A stretch of DNA of 63,428 nucleotides, counting the filler, from Sphacelaria rigidula (Eukaryota): assembly GCA_964200075.2 (NCBI GenBank). It is 10 parts of 10 records of this genome, joined end to end, with 100 filler letters (N's around TTAATTAATTAA, not from the genome) between each part and the next. Parts side by side here need not be neighbours in the genome. Positions count along the whole stretch, not along the records: positions 50,825 to 57,076 come from CAXNAA020021216.1; positions 57,177 to 63,428 come from CAXNAA020021217.1; 8 more parts are not named here. One strand, written 5' to 3'. A program made the translations under genes and the position numbers. The notes under the pieces are model-generated. The model saw only the letters and a program-made list of their open reading frames with translations, was not told where the DNA came from and ran no database searches. Shown in pieces: positions 52,111-63,428 of the stretch (positions are counted from its first letter, which is position 1; every line of letters begins with the position of its first letter).

Positions 52111-52343
52111 TCTCATGTGCAGAGAAAAAGTGAGGCACTGAAAGAACACATCCGCGAGCTTCTGAAGTGAGTAAGAAAGAGCATGCTAGGGGTGTTCCAC
52201 GCATTCCAACAGCCAGCCAAAGCCACTCCTTTGTCTAGATAAATACAATCTCTCATGTGCAAAAAGAGCGAAGCACTGAAAGGACATACCCGCGAGCTTC
52301 CCAAGTGACGAAGAACATGCCAAGAATGTTCCACGCATTCCAA
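52111..52343 (+). repeat. Diverged tandem repeat with a period of about 140 bp
   Basis: TCTCATGTGCA...GCACTGAAAG.ACA.A.CCGCGAGCTTC...GTTCCACGCATTCCAA occurs twice. Confidence 0.8.
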
Positions 52344-54947
52344 TTTTTTGGGAAGTACCTCCCGCAGTCATGTGTTTGTGGTACGAGAGCTACTTCGTAC
52401 TCTGGCACCTCGGGAATACCACACATGTCTTACGCTGACCAAACGCACAATACCGTCCAACTTTACCTTCAGCTCATGTCGCATCCAAAAGCATATGCCA
52501 CACATGTCGAAATCATGGCCGCGCAAAAATTGTACAACCTTCACATCCGTGTGACTCAAGTTGGTAAACCTTATCCGGAGCCACCATCCGATAACACATG
52601 CAATGTTTTGTACAGCCACGATCACTATACTATACATTGAGATACAACACCCTATCTTGATCATATATATTCGACTTGCGTCACCCCCGGGAGGCCCGTA
52701 CCAACCTCCCGAAGGGGAACCTTATATACATACATGCTTTCCAGTGCCGGTTGTCATCGGAATGTTAGGGTCCGGGACGGTGGTGTCACCAATAAAGCAA
52801 CTGTATGCGAGAACTGCAGAACGGACAAGTGAAGATATGTATCTTTGCTGACACTATGTTACCACCTGTTATGCTCAAGTTTCGACCGACGGAAGGTAGA
52901 GGGGGAAGGAAAAGGCTCTTACTACTACCGTACTGTCGAAATTTCGAACCCACAAAATCACGATCCGCCAAAAGCGGTGGCCATGTATGAGCAGGACCAC
53001 CGGAGCGCAGCGAATTGCTTTCATCAAAAACAGATCGGCTGTTGTAGTCCGTCAAGAGCCATCCTTGTGTGCAGCACAAGCGTGCTACACATTTGTTTTT
53101 GCGTTCGTTTCAATATTGATTTGGATTGCGACGTGACCATGCGCTGGCTTGTCTTCACATGAAAAACCGTCCCGATATCTGCGCAGTATTCCGTAGTGGG
53201 CACCTTATGCGCGACGTATTCCGCGGTCACAGGCTACCTACCCAAAAATAAAGTATAATGAAAATATTAGTAATAAGAGAGGGCCCAGAAAAATCCACAC
53301 AGACCGGGTACCTTACACAAATACTTCCATAGCCTACTCATACAAGCACAGGGGGTTCAAGGTCGATGACTGTCGCGCTGTAAGTTATCCCCAAGGATCC
53401 AGCTTTGGTCATTATTCACACGATAGGCGTTCCCACGGTGAGAGAAACGAAAAACGCTGGCTGTCGGAAGCTCGAGAAAGGGAGAATATGGAGAGAAAAA
53501 GGGAGAACAAGCGGAGTAAACTAAATGAAAGCGAGATACAAACAAAACAGAAGAAAAAATGCGCGATGAGAAACCAAGCGTGGGTCTCACTATGATTTTT
53601 TGTTGTTGTCGCACTTTGAACCCTTTCCTGCCTCGGGAAGAGTCCGTGGTCTCAAGGGATCAACTCATCTCTCCCCGGTACGATTGTCGCACACAAAATG
53701 ATTGTCATTATCCACATTAACTGATGCCCCGTGGATCCAGCCTTACCGTGGTCATTGGTCATTATCCACATGATAGACGTGCCCGAGGGGAAGAACGAAA
53801 CGTAAACCCTGGCTCAAGACAAGTGAAAAGAAATACAGAAAAATAAATTCAGTAGAGTAGAGCGAGATGAAGAAAAAACGAATCAGAACATAACATAGAT
53901 AAGGAGAACACCTGGAAATAGTTGGCCTATGCGACATGGCTTCGGTGGAAGAAGTTCTTGCGCAAAAGTCTGCACTTATACCCGAAATGTGAGAAACGAA
54001 CAAAAACCGGTGGGAACAGATTGTGGGTCACCTATTTCGACCTCAACGTTTTCGGTTTGAAGCTCTCATCCATGAACCCTACGGAAGCGAGGCACCAAAC
54101 TGCTACTTGCATACCCCGAGAGAGATGAAAACATGATGAAAGAGGGCGAGATGGGGAGGGAAGAGCGGGAACAGAGAAGCAGACTTTGGAAGTGATGAAA
54201 CCCAAAGGACAACGTATAGTAGAGGAGGTATAAAAAACACACCAGGGGGCACCGCAAGAACTACCGACCATGGACAAAATGAACAACGGACAGGAAAAGC
54301 TGCGTCAATTCCCGTGTTAGCCGATATAGCTTCGTAAAGGTCGAATAGGCATTCGTCCCACAAATATGGTATGAGTATATATTCACAAGTTCCGATTTCT
54401 GTCACATGTTGCGTTGGCCATATGCATGTATATATATATATATATATATACATCCGTATGTCTGCTCACTTGTACGTGATCAGATTCGTCAAAGGTATAC
54501 GATACGCCTCGCCTACAGATGTAATGTTGATCAAAGCTGGATCATCTTCTGCTCGCGCTCTGCTCGCTGCGGCAGAATGGAACGCTCGAAACAACAAACA
54601 TGGCGCATGAAACCTTCGTCCTTGACTTACTTTTTGACTCTTACGCATACATAGCTCATGTACTCTGCAGCACATGTTTGTACGACATCCAAATACCCTC
54701 GACACGTCACCTGCTCCCGATCACTCTTGGTTGAACAGTGCCAGGACGGACCTCTGACATCAGAGTGGCGACACCCATCCAACGGCATCACATTGCCGCC
54801 GTTGCCTGAAATCCGTGTTGGCAGACTTCGCGGGACCCCAGGGATACAGGTATTTGGATTATGACCAAGATACTATTGTGTGGGCTGTGGAAGGATATTG
54901 AAACTGAATGTCTACGCATATTTCCGCCTGGAGAATTACATGCGCAA

Positions 54948-54992
<45 letters not shown>

Positions 54993-55703
54993 AAGTCACC
55001 TTTTGTGACGTTTTGTCTTTTGGGGGGTAGTTGCGATATGGGACGTCCATTGTTCTTGACAGCAGCTTTGGCCCCCACAGCAGGAAAGTGTCGCCCGGTA
55101 CGTGTTTTTTGGGCACAAGGTCTTTCGCCGTTGAGATGAGTAGATCAGCCCACGCTTCCCGATTCGCTAAGCTGCGGCGTTTTCGCTAACCGCTGTGTAC
55201 CGAAAGCTCAACTTGAGAAGTGGAACGTTTTGCCCGCATTTGTCCTGTTCGCAAACTTCCATATATGGTTCGCATTATTTAAGTATTCCGGTTGGGTACT
55301 TTGGCAAGTGCACAGCCTAGGAGTCGGTCCAATCGGGAAGCGTTAGGTACCCTCCTACGAGTACGGTGATGAATAATTTCCACACCCTGGACAGTTTATC
55401 ACATTGTCAACAAATGTATTGCGTACAGTATGGAATATATTGTCTATTGCAATAGACGCAATAGTCTATACGGCACGCAGTATGATATTTGACGATGCCA
55501 TTCATTGTCATCATCCAGATGTGATCATGTGATCATTTTGAAGGCATGTCGCGACGGTATATCTATTTCGTAGCTGCACAAGTGTTGGTAAATGTCTCTC
55601 AAACTCGATACGGTTGAATAACCCTCGTTGACTGCTTGCGGTATGTTCGTGTATTTGTTGATTACAGAAGTCCCATTCGTGTTGAGAAGTGACCTCTCTT
55701 ATA

Positions 55704-55737
<34 letters not shown>

Positions 55738-56139
55738 TTGAGAAATATGTAAAGTAGGGAATGCCAGGGGAATCTTCTTATCCGGTAGAGCGGTTGCCCT
55801 GGTGCTACGGGGTCTGAGAAAAACTGAAGTATAGCAGTTCACAACGCCCGCCGCTCTGCAACGTGTGTAGTCAGTCCCCTCAGTCATACTCGTCTTGCTG
55901 GGTAGGATAGAACGTCAGACTCAGCATATTCGTGAACGTCACTCTACCGGAGTTGGTGTACGACGACTCGAGCGAGGTGCTCGTTGCTGTCTCATGTTCG
56001 TACATGCGTGTTTTGGGGCATGCATCATCGCTTGTGCACGATACCATTGAAAAACTCGACTCGGCTTCAGCCTTTGGTCTTTGATGTCTTGCGATCACTT
56101 CTACGGTGGCAGTGTGTTGGACAGCTGTCCAAGAGAGCA

Positions 56140-56253
56140 ATGGCAGCCGCAGCACCAGCACGGCCTACAGCACAACCTACGCCCAGCCCTGCTCCCTTCT
56201 GCAGCTGGCTTATAGAGGATACGGTGCTGATCAGCTCCTACTTGGATGCCCAG
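56140..56253 (+). CDS. Probable first exon of a gene, possibly a phosphatase-like N-terminus
   Basis: MAAAAPARPTAQPTPSPAPFCSWLIEDTVLISSYLDAQ ends at CAG|GTACGG. SWLIE..V loosely resembles the start of dual-specificity phosphatases. A candidate next exon lies at about 56561-56704. Confidence 0.4.
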
Positions 56254-57007
56254 GTACGGTTGATACACTTCTGTAAAATGAAGAAATCTTGCGCTCATGG
56301 GGCTTTCCCCCTCCGAACCGCTGTTGCCACAATAATGATTAGGATCCTTGCGTTTTCTTCACAAGTCTGGACTGTTGAAAGAGGAACTTCCGCTGCACTG
56401 AAGCTTCATTTCCAACATCTTTCACCTCCAAAATATTTCCGATTCTTGCCCGTTTCTTCTTCTTTTCTCTTCGATAGTATTTGTTTCATCACCAGTTCAG
56501 CCAGTTGCAACTAAAATTGGGGGGGAAACAAATGTGGAAGCTTTCTGAGTCATGCTTCAGAGAAGGAGCCTTACAATGCTCTCCCTCCCGAAGGAGAATG
56601 GCGTCATTCGACGACAAGGAAATACGACATCGCGCCGATCGCGCAGCCGCCCATCCCGTTCCATTTTAGGGAAGATGGGCGTTGTTCGCAAGCAAGTATA
56701 TTCGGTGGGGAACCGGACCACCTGTGGGAAGCCCCGGTGCTCCTGTTTTCGAGCATTATTCGACAATGAACTGATGAACAACGAAATTTGAGAGACCCAA
56801 GAAATCGCTTGGCTACACTTGAGATGCTCCAGGGGCCTCCATCACACGCTCGCTTTGGCGCGGCAACCCGCACCGGTGATGACCAGAGGCCGATACTGCC
56901 CTTTGCAGTACGCATCGCTCTCTCCGTCGCCCCGGCTTTTGTAGGGAATGTAGGAAATGTAGGGAATGTCCGATCCACTTTTTGCGCCTATTGTCCGCAT
57001 ACACCGC

Positions 57008-57076
57008 CGCGCCCCGGTGGTGTAATGGTCCGACTGTCGCCATTAGGGTGGAGAGAACGGGGGTTCGATTCCCGAT
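57008..57076 (+). mobile_element. SINE family 2 head, cut by the scaffold end
   Basis: GCCCCGGTGGTGTAATGGTCCGACTGTCGCCATTAGGGTGGAGAGAACGGGGGTTCGATTCCC is nearly identical to the head at 16706. Confidence 0.75.
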
Positions 57077-57353
57077 NNNNNNNNNNNNNNNNNNNNNNNN
57101 NNNNNNNNNNNNNNNNNNNNTTAATTAATTAANNNNNNNNNNNNNNNNNNNNNNNNNNNNNNNNNNNNNNNNNNNNAGATATGCCACTTCAGCCCCATAT
57201 TTTGTATGAACCCCAAAATATAAAATCGGCTGTTTATTCGTTGAAAAGTGCTTTTTTTACCCTTCTCCGTCGTTTTGCCCCTGGAAGAGGGCTCAGCGGA
57301 TGTCGACACGTCAGACCGTTCTAGAGCACCTTTGCGTTTTCCGAAGGTCAAAG

Positions 57354-57558
57354 TGTAGTGGGTGAGAGGACCCCGTGCTTGGAGGACCGCGCCGTAGCTC
57401 GAAACACCTCAGTATCGACGTTTTCCAAAACCTATCCGGCCAGTCCCTGCAGGTACCACGACCCTAACCCCAACACTAACCCTAACCCTAACCTCAACCA
57501 TCGGGATGTTCAACTTCCGACGCGGTCTCCCAAGGACGCGGTCCTCTCACGCATTACA
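57354..57558 (+). mobile_element. Telomere-repeat MITE copy
   Basis: Same TIR; internal ACCCTAACCCCAACACTAACCCTAACCCTAAC. Confidence 0.85.
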
Positions 57559-58291
57559 ACAGTTTCGTTCTTGGCCAAAAATTGTACAGTACAGTTATGC
57601 GTAAGAATTGCAGACTTTCGGTACTATATTCATGGAAAGTGCAAGCTAAACGCTACATGCGTCAAAAGTGGCCGGTAATCCAACGAGTCATACAGTATCA
57701 GTCATCTACGAATGACGATTTGGATCGTAGGAAATGAACTTTATTTCTAGTACATTTATTCAAGTCTAGGAGTGGTCGGTGTTGAGGTGATTTTGTCGTG
57801 CGGAAAGCTCGCTCCACATCAGTAGATGGACAATCTTGTTGCACTACCGAGTGTCCTACCTTTGTCTGTATCAGTCGGGAAGCACACGCCCCCGAGCTGC
57901 CACCCCACGTTTACCGTAATTGCGAAGATAAGAAGACAAGAGCACGAACAGCAGCTGTTGTGGCCGCTACACACAAACGTAACTGCAGCAACACAAAAGT
58001 GCCAATCGCGCAACGCTTACAACTCGACACCGAAGCGGGGGATCGGACTGAAGTTTCTGGCGCGCGCTTCCCACACACCCAAGCTACGTCGCCGAGGTTG
58101 GTTTTCNNNNNNNNNTTTGGTTTTCGCGTTTGAGCGTGATGCTGACTCGCAAATAACCCAAATGTACTAAAAGGGTGTTTTCCGCTCTGGGGGGGGATTT
58201 TCGGGCCGCTGACGCGACGTCAGAAAAATATCAAACTGTCATAGGTCCTCAAGATCTTGTGTGTATGTGGGGGGCTGTCAAGCCGTGGATC

Positions 58292-58599
58292 GTCCGCACG
58301 AGAAGCAGCAGCAGCAGTATCAGCAGCATATTTATTGTCACTAAATGTACGTGGCTGGGGGTGGGTCTGAATCAACCGGCGATGCTGCTGCTGCTGCTGT
58401 TGCTCTTGATCGTAGGCGGTCCGCGTTTCGACCGTGCGACAACACCCACGCATCTTGCGAGTGATAACCACCGTGCTGGACAGCGCTGACACACACACAT
58501 ATCGGCACTGGCTGATTTAGATCCACCCCCAGCCGCGTACATCTACTGGAAGTAAAGATGATGCTGATACTGCTGCTGTTGCTTCTTCTCGTGCGGAAC
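58292..58599. mobile_element. MITE of about 310 bp with TIRs of about 90 bp containing CAG repeats
   Basis: TCCGCACGAGAAG..CAGCAGCAGTATCAGCA..ATGTACG.GGCTGGGGGTGG is inverted at 58510-58598; no clear TSD. Confidence 0.75.
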
Positions 58600-58628
58600 T
58601 AGTTTCGTTATGTTCTATCGTCAATCGA

Positions 58629-59490
58629 ATGGCCGTCGGTATGGGAGCTGAGTCACGTTTTGTAGCCACAGTTCAATCCAACAGTACGCCTGCCGAGAAG
58701 TCTAGCATGACTCGGATGGCCTGGAAGTACCTCATGTCGGGTTCCATCAGAACGATTTGGACAACCCTCTCAGCCGAAGGCGGTAGCAGGGCCTTTCCAG
58801 TGACGGTCGATGTGATGCTACTGGTGATAGGCATCGCGTGCGCAGGAAAGGTAAGCACGCAGATTAAGTCTTCCATATCGACCGTGATGACGATGTATAG
58901 GTCGGACCCTGCCATTATAGCCAATATGGGACATGATGCTCTGACCATCGTTGCAGAAGATGGAGACGTTAACATGTTGCTGTCCGTGTGTGCCCAGCAT
59001 ATGTGACAGATTGTGCTACGTGTTACCATCTGATCTTCACGATGTGCTCAGACTGTTCGATGGGCTGACAAAAGGTGGGGTCGACACAGGAGGGAGGATA
59101 GAAGTTTTAGTAAAGGAAAGTGTCGAGAGGAGAAGGCCCAGCGAATATGTCGTGGGTATGCTATCGTCTATGCCTAACCAACATGTAGTCTTCGAGTGGT
59201 GCAACACAATGGACAGATCATCAGAGTTGCCAGAACTAGAACGGTTGGTGAAATTACATGTATCGAAAGGCAGAAAAGGTGGGCTTATGATAGATTCCGG
59301 TAGTGCAAAGTATGTAGTTGGATCCAACGGTGAACGATTGTTTTACGACAGCTCAGGCAAAAGTCGACAGGGTCGGCCATCTTTCCTTTCTCCGATGTCT
59401 GAGGGAGGAGTAGGATCTGCAACCTCACAGCAGGATGGTCTAACTGCAGGTGCGACAGACATGGTGAATAAATTAGAAGGATCAGGCTAG
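58629..59490 (+). pseudogene. Intronless ORF with one frameshift near 58985; possible large-DNA-virus-derived gene
   Basis: Two overlapping same-strand ORFs (125 and 179 aa) join into a globular-looking protein of about 285 aa without introns. Viral origin is inference. Confidence 0.5.
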
Positions 59491-61365
59491 TTGATTTAAC
59501 ATTGACTATCGTACAGTTTTGATTATTGTCAGACGTGAACGTATGTACCCGATTAGAACGGCGCGTAATTTGTCGTCGTCTCTGTAAACCAAACTGTAAC
59601 AGGTTCTAGACGTAAGAAACACTGCAGAACTGTCGTGTTGTCTAGTGTTCAGTGTAGTATTCTGTTCTTCATCCATCACTGCAAAATTGTCTTGTCTTTA
59701 GGGTGCTACCCTGTACTCCGTATAATGGCGTCATGGTTCGAGCAGTTTTTCGAAAAGTTCTGCTCGTTTCTTGCAAAGTATTGGACAAAAACGAGAGTGT
59801 TTTCAGTCACAGACATCTAATGCCGGATCCTGAAATAAATAAGTTAATTAATTGTTGGTTCGATGGATAGATGGGTGGATGGTTGGTTGGGTGGATTATA
59901 TTTTTTGGACAAGGTAAGGCTAATATGGAATAGCCTGAGAAAACAATCAATTTAAATTGGAATTGTTTTAGTTCCGAAATGCCCCTCCCCGAGGCCCAAT
60001 ACGCTTTTCGTAGTAGCTTCCCACTGAGGCCCTTGATATCGCTGAGTAAGATATCGACGTGTAGCTGAAAGCACACGGCAGTGATGAAGGCAAAAGAAAG
60101 CGCACACGGGATGAAAAATTGGCCAAGTTACAGCAATTTGTCAAAGTCACTCTCAATCAGCGCTATACTCTCAATCTCACGAAAACGTACTTACATGTGG
60201 GCTGAAGAAGAGTGCTTCACAGGAAACCCATCCGTCAATGACGTCGAGCGAGGTCCCGAGATCTTCACACCGGTACAAACAAACCTCATCACCCTAAATA
60301 ACGGGGTCCTACGGTAGCAAGAGCTCAACATCAGAGCCGCCGTGGAACCCGGGAGACACTCGGTGCTCTCTACTCATAAAAGCTCGGATACGCTGTTCAC
60401 CCACGCTTACGGCCAGTCGTTGTACCGATCACGAGAAGAAATATGCCTCGCTTTGGATTTCCTCCGGCAGTAGGGCTATGACAGCGACATTATTCAGGAA
60501 GCGCCAGAGATCACTGTCAGTCGCAACACGTGACCACACCGGACGACCCCAGCAAAGTACGGATCATACCAACTAGCAATAATGACGTCAAGTTTTGCGT
60601 GAGTATGACTTTGGGGTGATACACGTCAACAAGCCTGCACGCGAATGGTCTCAACTGTGACGATTGCACAGATTCATTGGTTGTGAAATTTCAAAGGGAA
60701 AGGCGAGCGAAATACGACCTTCTTCGACGGCATACGAGACATTCTGGTCCAACCAATGCACGCAATAAAAACTATGATGAAATACGAGAACATTAACTCC
60801 TTTCACCCAGACCATACCCAAGATGGGACATACCAATTTTGAGATGAGTTCGCTCTACTGATGCGGCCCGATGGGTTGCACCAAGAGCTGCAGCTCCAAG
60901 TTCATTAAAGAATATCAACGATCACGACGTGGACAACAGTGAAAGGGGGCAATTCCCACAATCATAAACAAGAGGACTCAAAGACCCCTGTCGAGGAAAG
61001 GTGGAGCATGAGATGTCTTCGACCGGGTGGACCCGATACTCTTGGAACAATAAATCAAGGGATAAACGACACATAAAACTTTTAAACCTCGAAGGCCGTG
61101 CGGTTCTCCATCAGCACTGCGCATTTTTCAACAGAAATGCTCCTCGCAACAAATCAGGATCCATGGCTGTACAGGCCTCGCAAAAGCCGCCACTTCAAAG
61201 CACAGCACTCGTAACTTGGATGTGCCAGCTACTGTAACATCAAACATGCTCCGGTATTGTTTGCAATACCTACAATACACGCTACACTACATGTTGCACA
61301 AGGCAGCTATTAAGAAAAAATGACGCTCAGGTGGGGAAACCGATCTACTGGCCACTAGCAAAAGC

Positions 61366-62549
61366 TCAAGCACGCCTGGGCAAGTTGTCGGGTAGAATGC
61401 CTTCAGCGAGGAGGTTGGCCTTCATCCTTTTCATCACGCCGACCATCGCGGCGTGTATCTCGGGAATTTCTACATCCGGCAGAGCGTTGACCATCCGCGA
61501 CACGTCCTGCGGTCATACGAAGTTTTGAAGGATGGTGGAAGCGGCGAATCTGGACATCGAAGATGCATGCCTCAGGAGGCTCGACATAACTTGAACGCGA
61601 CGGTTGTACAATTTGCGACTAGGACACTGTACTCAAGGAACAAGGGGCCACCAACGTGTGCTGTACTGACCGTATTCTGCGCAAGATCTCAAGGTCAGTA
61701 CACTACACTTGGCCCATGTTGAAGTGACACCCTGGGATACAGATATAAATAAAGAACAGCACAGCCACGGCCCCTTCCCTCGCTTGGCGTTTCACGGTAT
61801 GATACATTCGGAACACACCGCTGCACTGGCCTCTTGCATGAGCTCAAGACTCGGGGCGCGGGAATGCTTTTGACGCACCGGTACAGCACTCATGATGATG
61901 GCACTCACCAACGTATTGTTGGATCGCTTCGCCACCAGTATCTTGTCCTGCTCCTCGACCGTGAAGTTGGAGTATGAGTACTCCGGGTCGATGTACTCCT
62001 TGTACAGGTCCAGAATTTCGTTGTGGCTGATCGCTCCAGGGTTGCAAAAGTTGAAGACTCCCTGACAAACGAACGTTCACGGTTAAGGTTACCAACCGCT
62101 TGCACTGTTCGCGATTCGGAGCACGCAGCGAGGTGGACTGCGGCATGGAGAAACCTGCATACCCGGAGCCAACGCGACTGCTTTATACACTAGTTTCCAA
62201 ACGGTTGTTCACCTGTAACTTTCGCTCGGCCATGATGAGCGACACCGGCAATAGATCCGTCAATACCGTCATGGAGTTGGGGATATTCACCACCTGAGAA
62301 AAAAGGGGACACGACGCAGCAAAAGCGTAAGAAACGACGCCAAGCTCTACCTGGACAATAATGCGTTCGATACCCAGTGCTAAGCGATCCATACATGTTG
62401 ATAAAATCATCGAGTGAGGAGTGAAAGAGCTGGGCATGACTAACCTTATCGTACTTGACGATCTTCGTGACGAAGTTGCGCGGGCTGAGGTCATCCGAGA
62501 TCGGCATGCGAACTCGCAGGATGCAGAGATTAGGGAAGGACAGAAGCAT
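61366..62549 (-). CDS. UER1: Nucleotide-rhamnose synthase 3,5-epimerase/4-reductase (NRS/ER), last four exons
   Basis: Phase-0 exons 62549-62445 (LCILRVRMPISDDLSPRNFVTKIVKYDK), 62293-62213 (VVNIPNSMTVLTDLLPVSLIMAERKLQ), 62061-61909 (GVFNFCNPGAISHNEILDLYKEYIDP..NFTVEEQDKILVAKRSNNTL) and 61506-61366 to TGA. These closely match the plant NRS/ER and RHM C-terminal domain. Confidence 0.95.
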
Positions 62550-63428
62550 CTGCCCACGGCAAACAAGCGAGGGAAGAGGATGAGATTCCAGAAGATCTCA
62601 ATTTCTGCAAGGTTAGGTACCCATTCACGTCAGAACCTTTGGCTACACGTGATTCAATACCTGCTCACGAGCACTACAGTTTGCTCCGTTGTTTTGTAGC
62701 CCCTCAGACAACATTTTCCCAGGACAAGCATGACCAAATCGACATTGGGCTGCGCACCTTCTCGACCATGCCCTTCGTATCGGAATAAAAAGAGCCCGTG
62801 AAGTTTGGTGTATCCCCCTCCTTAAAGCCCTTCCCTCCAATCGTATGTTCTGCATCATACTCATAAATGCACCTGCGTTCAAGACCAATAAGATCGAGGG
62901 CATCAGTGCCGTAAATCTCCCACTAGTGCCCATGTTCACATCTGTACGAGCTGGGCAAGCCTAAAAACGGATTTAAGCTCTAAAAGCAATATCTCATCGA
63001 TACAGACGAGTTGGGCCGTCATCCGCATATCGTATTAATCGTCTAATTAAGGGGAAGGTGCCCATCTGCTCGTAAGTTTGGGCCCGTATTTTCTCGTTGA
63101 TTAAACCCCATGTCTAGAAATTCTTACACCTAAGGGAGATAGCGTCAATACTAAAATCTCTACGAAACTCCCGATCGATGCATTTAGCGGATGGCGACGA
63201 ATCTTGGTGTGGAGAACCACAGAAGAGTGCCGAATAATAAAAAAAAATGGGCCTTCATTTTTTTTTCATAGAGGCTAGGACGTTCTCGTGAAGAAATGGT
63301 CTTGACCATAGTAGAACGCCCTAAATCAGTGAAGACAAATGAAAAAAATCAACCTGACCCACTTTGTTTTTTTAGGCCGCTTCTTATAATAGACAAGAAT
63401 AAAAACCCGGAAAAATGTATTTTTGGAG

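Noticed and set aside
57008..57076. Possible genuine tRNA gene
   Set aside because: No canonical anticodon arm, and the same head is attached to a SINE body at 16706 and 12266.
6254..57176. Regular period of about 6353 bp with an identical TTAATTAATTAA motif
   Set aside because: Artificial linker between size-sorted scaffolds. No synteny or system can be inferred across these joins.
63010..63045. LIRYADD on the minus strand, resembling a group II intron or DGR RT motif
   Set aside because: It lies in a frame of about 40 codons bounded by stops, with no other RT motif such as QG..LSP; probably chance.

Overview
Eukaryotic, intron- and transposon-rich DNA, most consistent with a brown alga or related stramenopile (TTAGGG repeats, long introns, GC-rich low-complexity exons). 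The window is not contiguous. It is ten scaffolds of 6252-6253 bp joined by artificial N-TTAATTAATTAA-N linkers: 1-6253, 6354-12606, 12707-18959, 19060-25312, 25413-31665, 31766-38018, 38119-44371, 44472-50724, 50825-57076 and 57177-63428. Partial spliced genes with phase-consistent exons: an SMC6-like C-terminal region, a divergent kinesin-like gene, STK19 head-to-head with an unknown gene, and an NRS/ER (UER1-type) nucleotide-rhamnose epimerase-reductase. Mobile DNA: a decayed Ty1/copia element with an extra downstream ORF, a Tc1/mariner transposase fragment, two tRNA-derived SINE families and many MITE families with readable TIRs and TSDs. The most unusual items are the copia extra ORF carrying an in-frame MITE, a variably 5'-truncated repeat family whose copies end in a C-run, MITEs carrying telomeric repeats, and an intronless frameshifted ORF that may be of giant-virus origin. 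All family assignments come from motifs recognised by eye; no searches were run.
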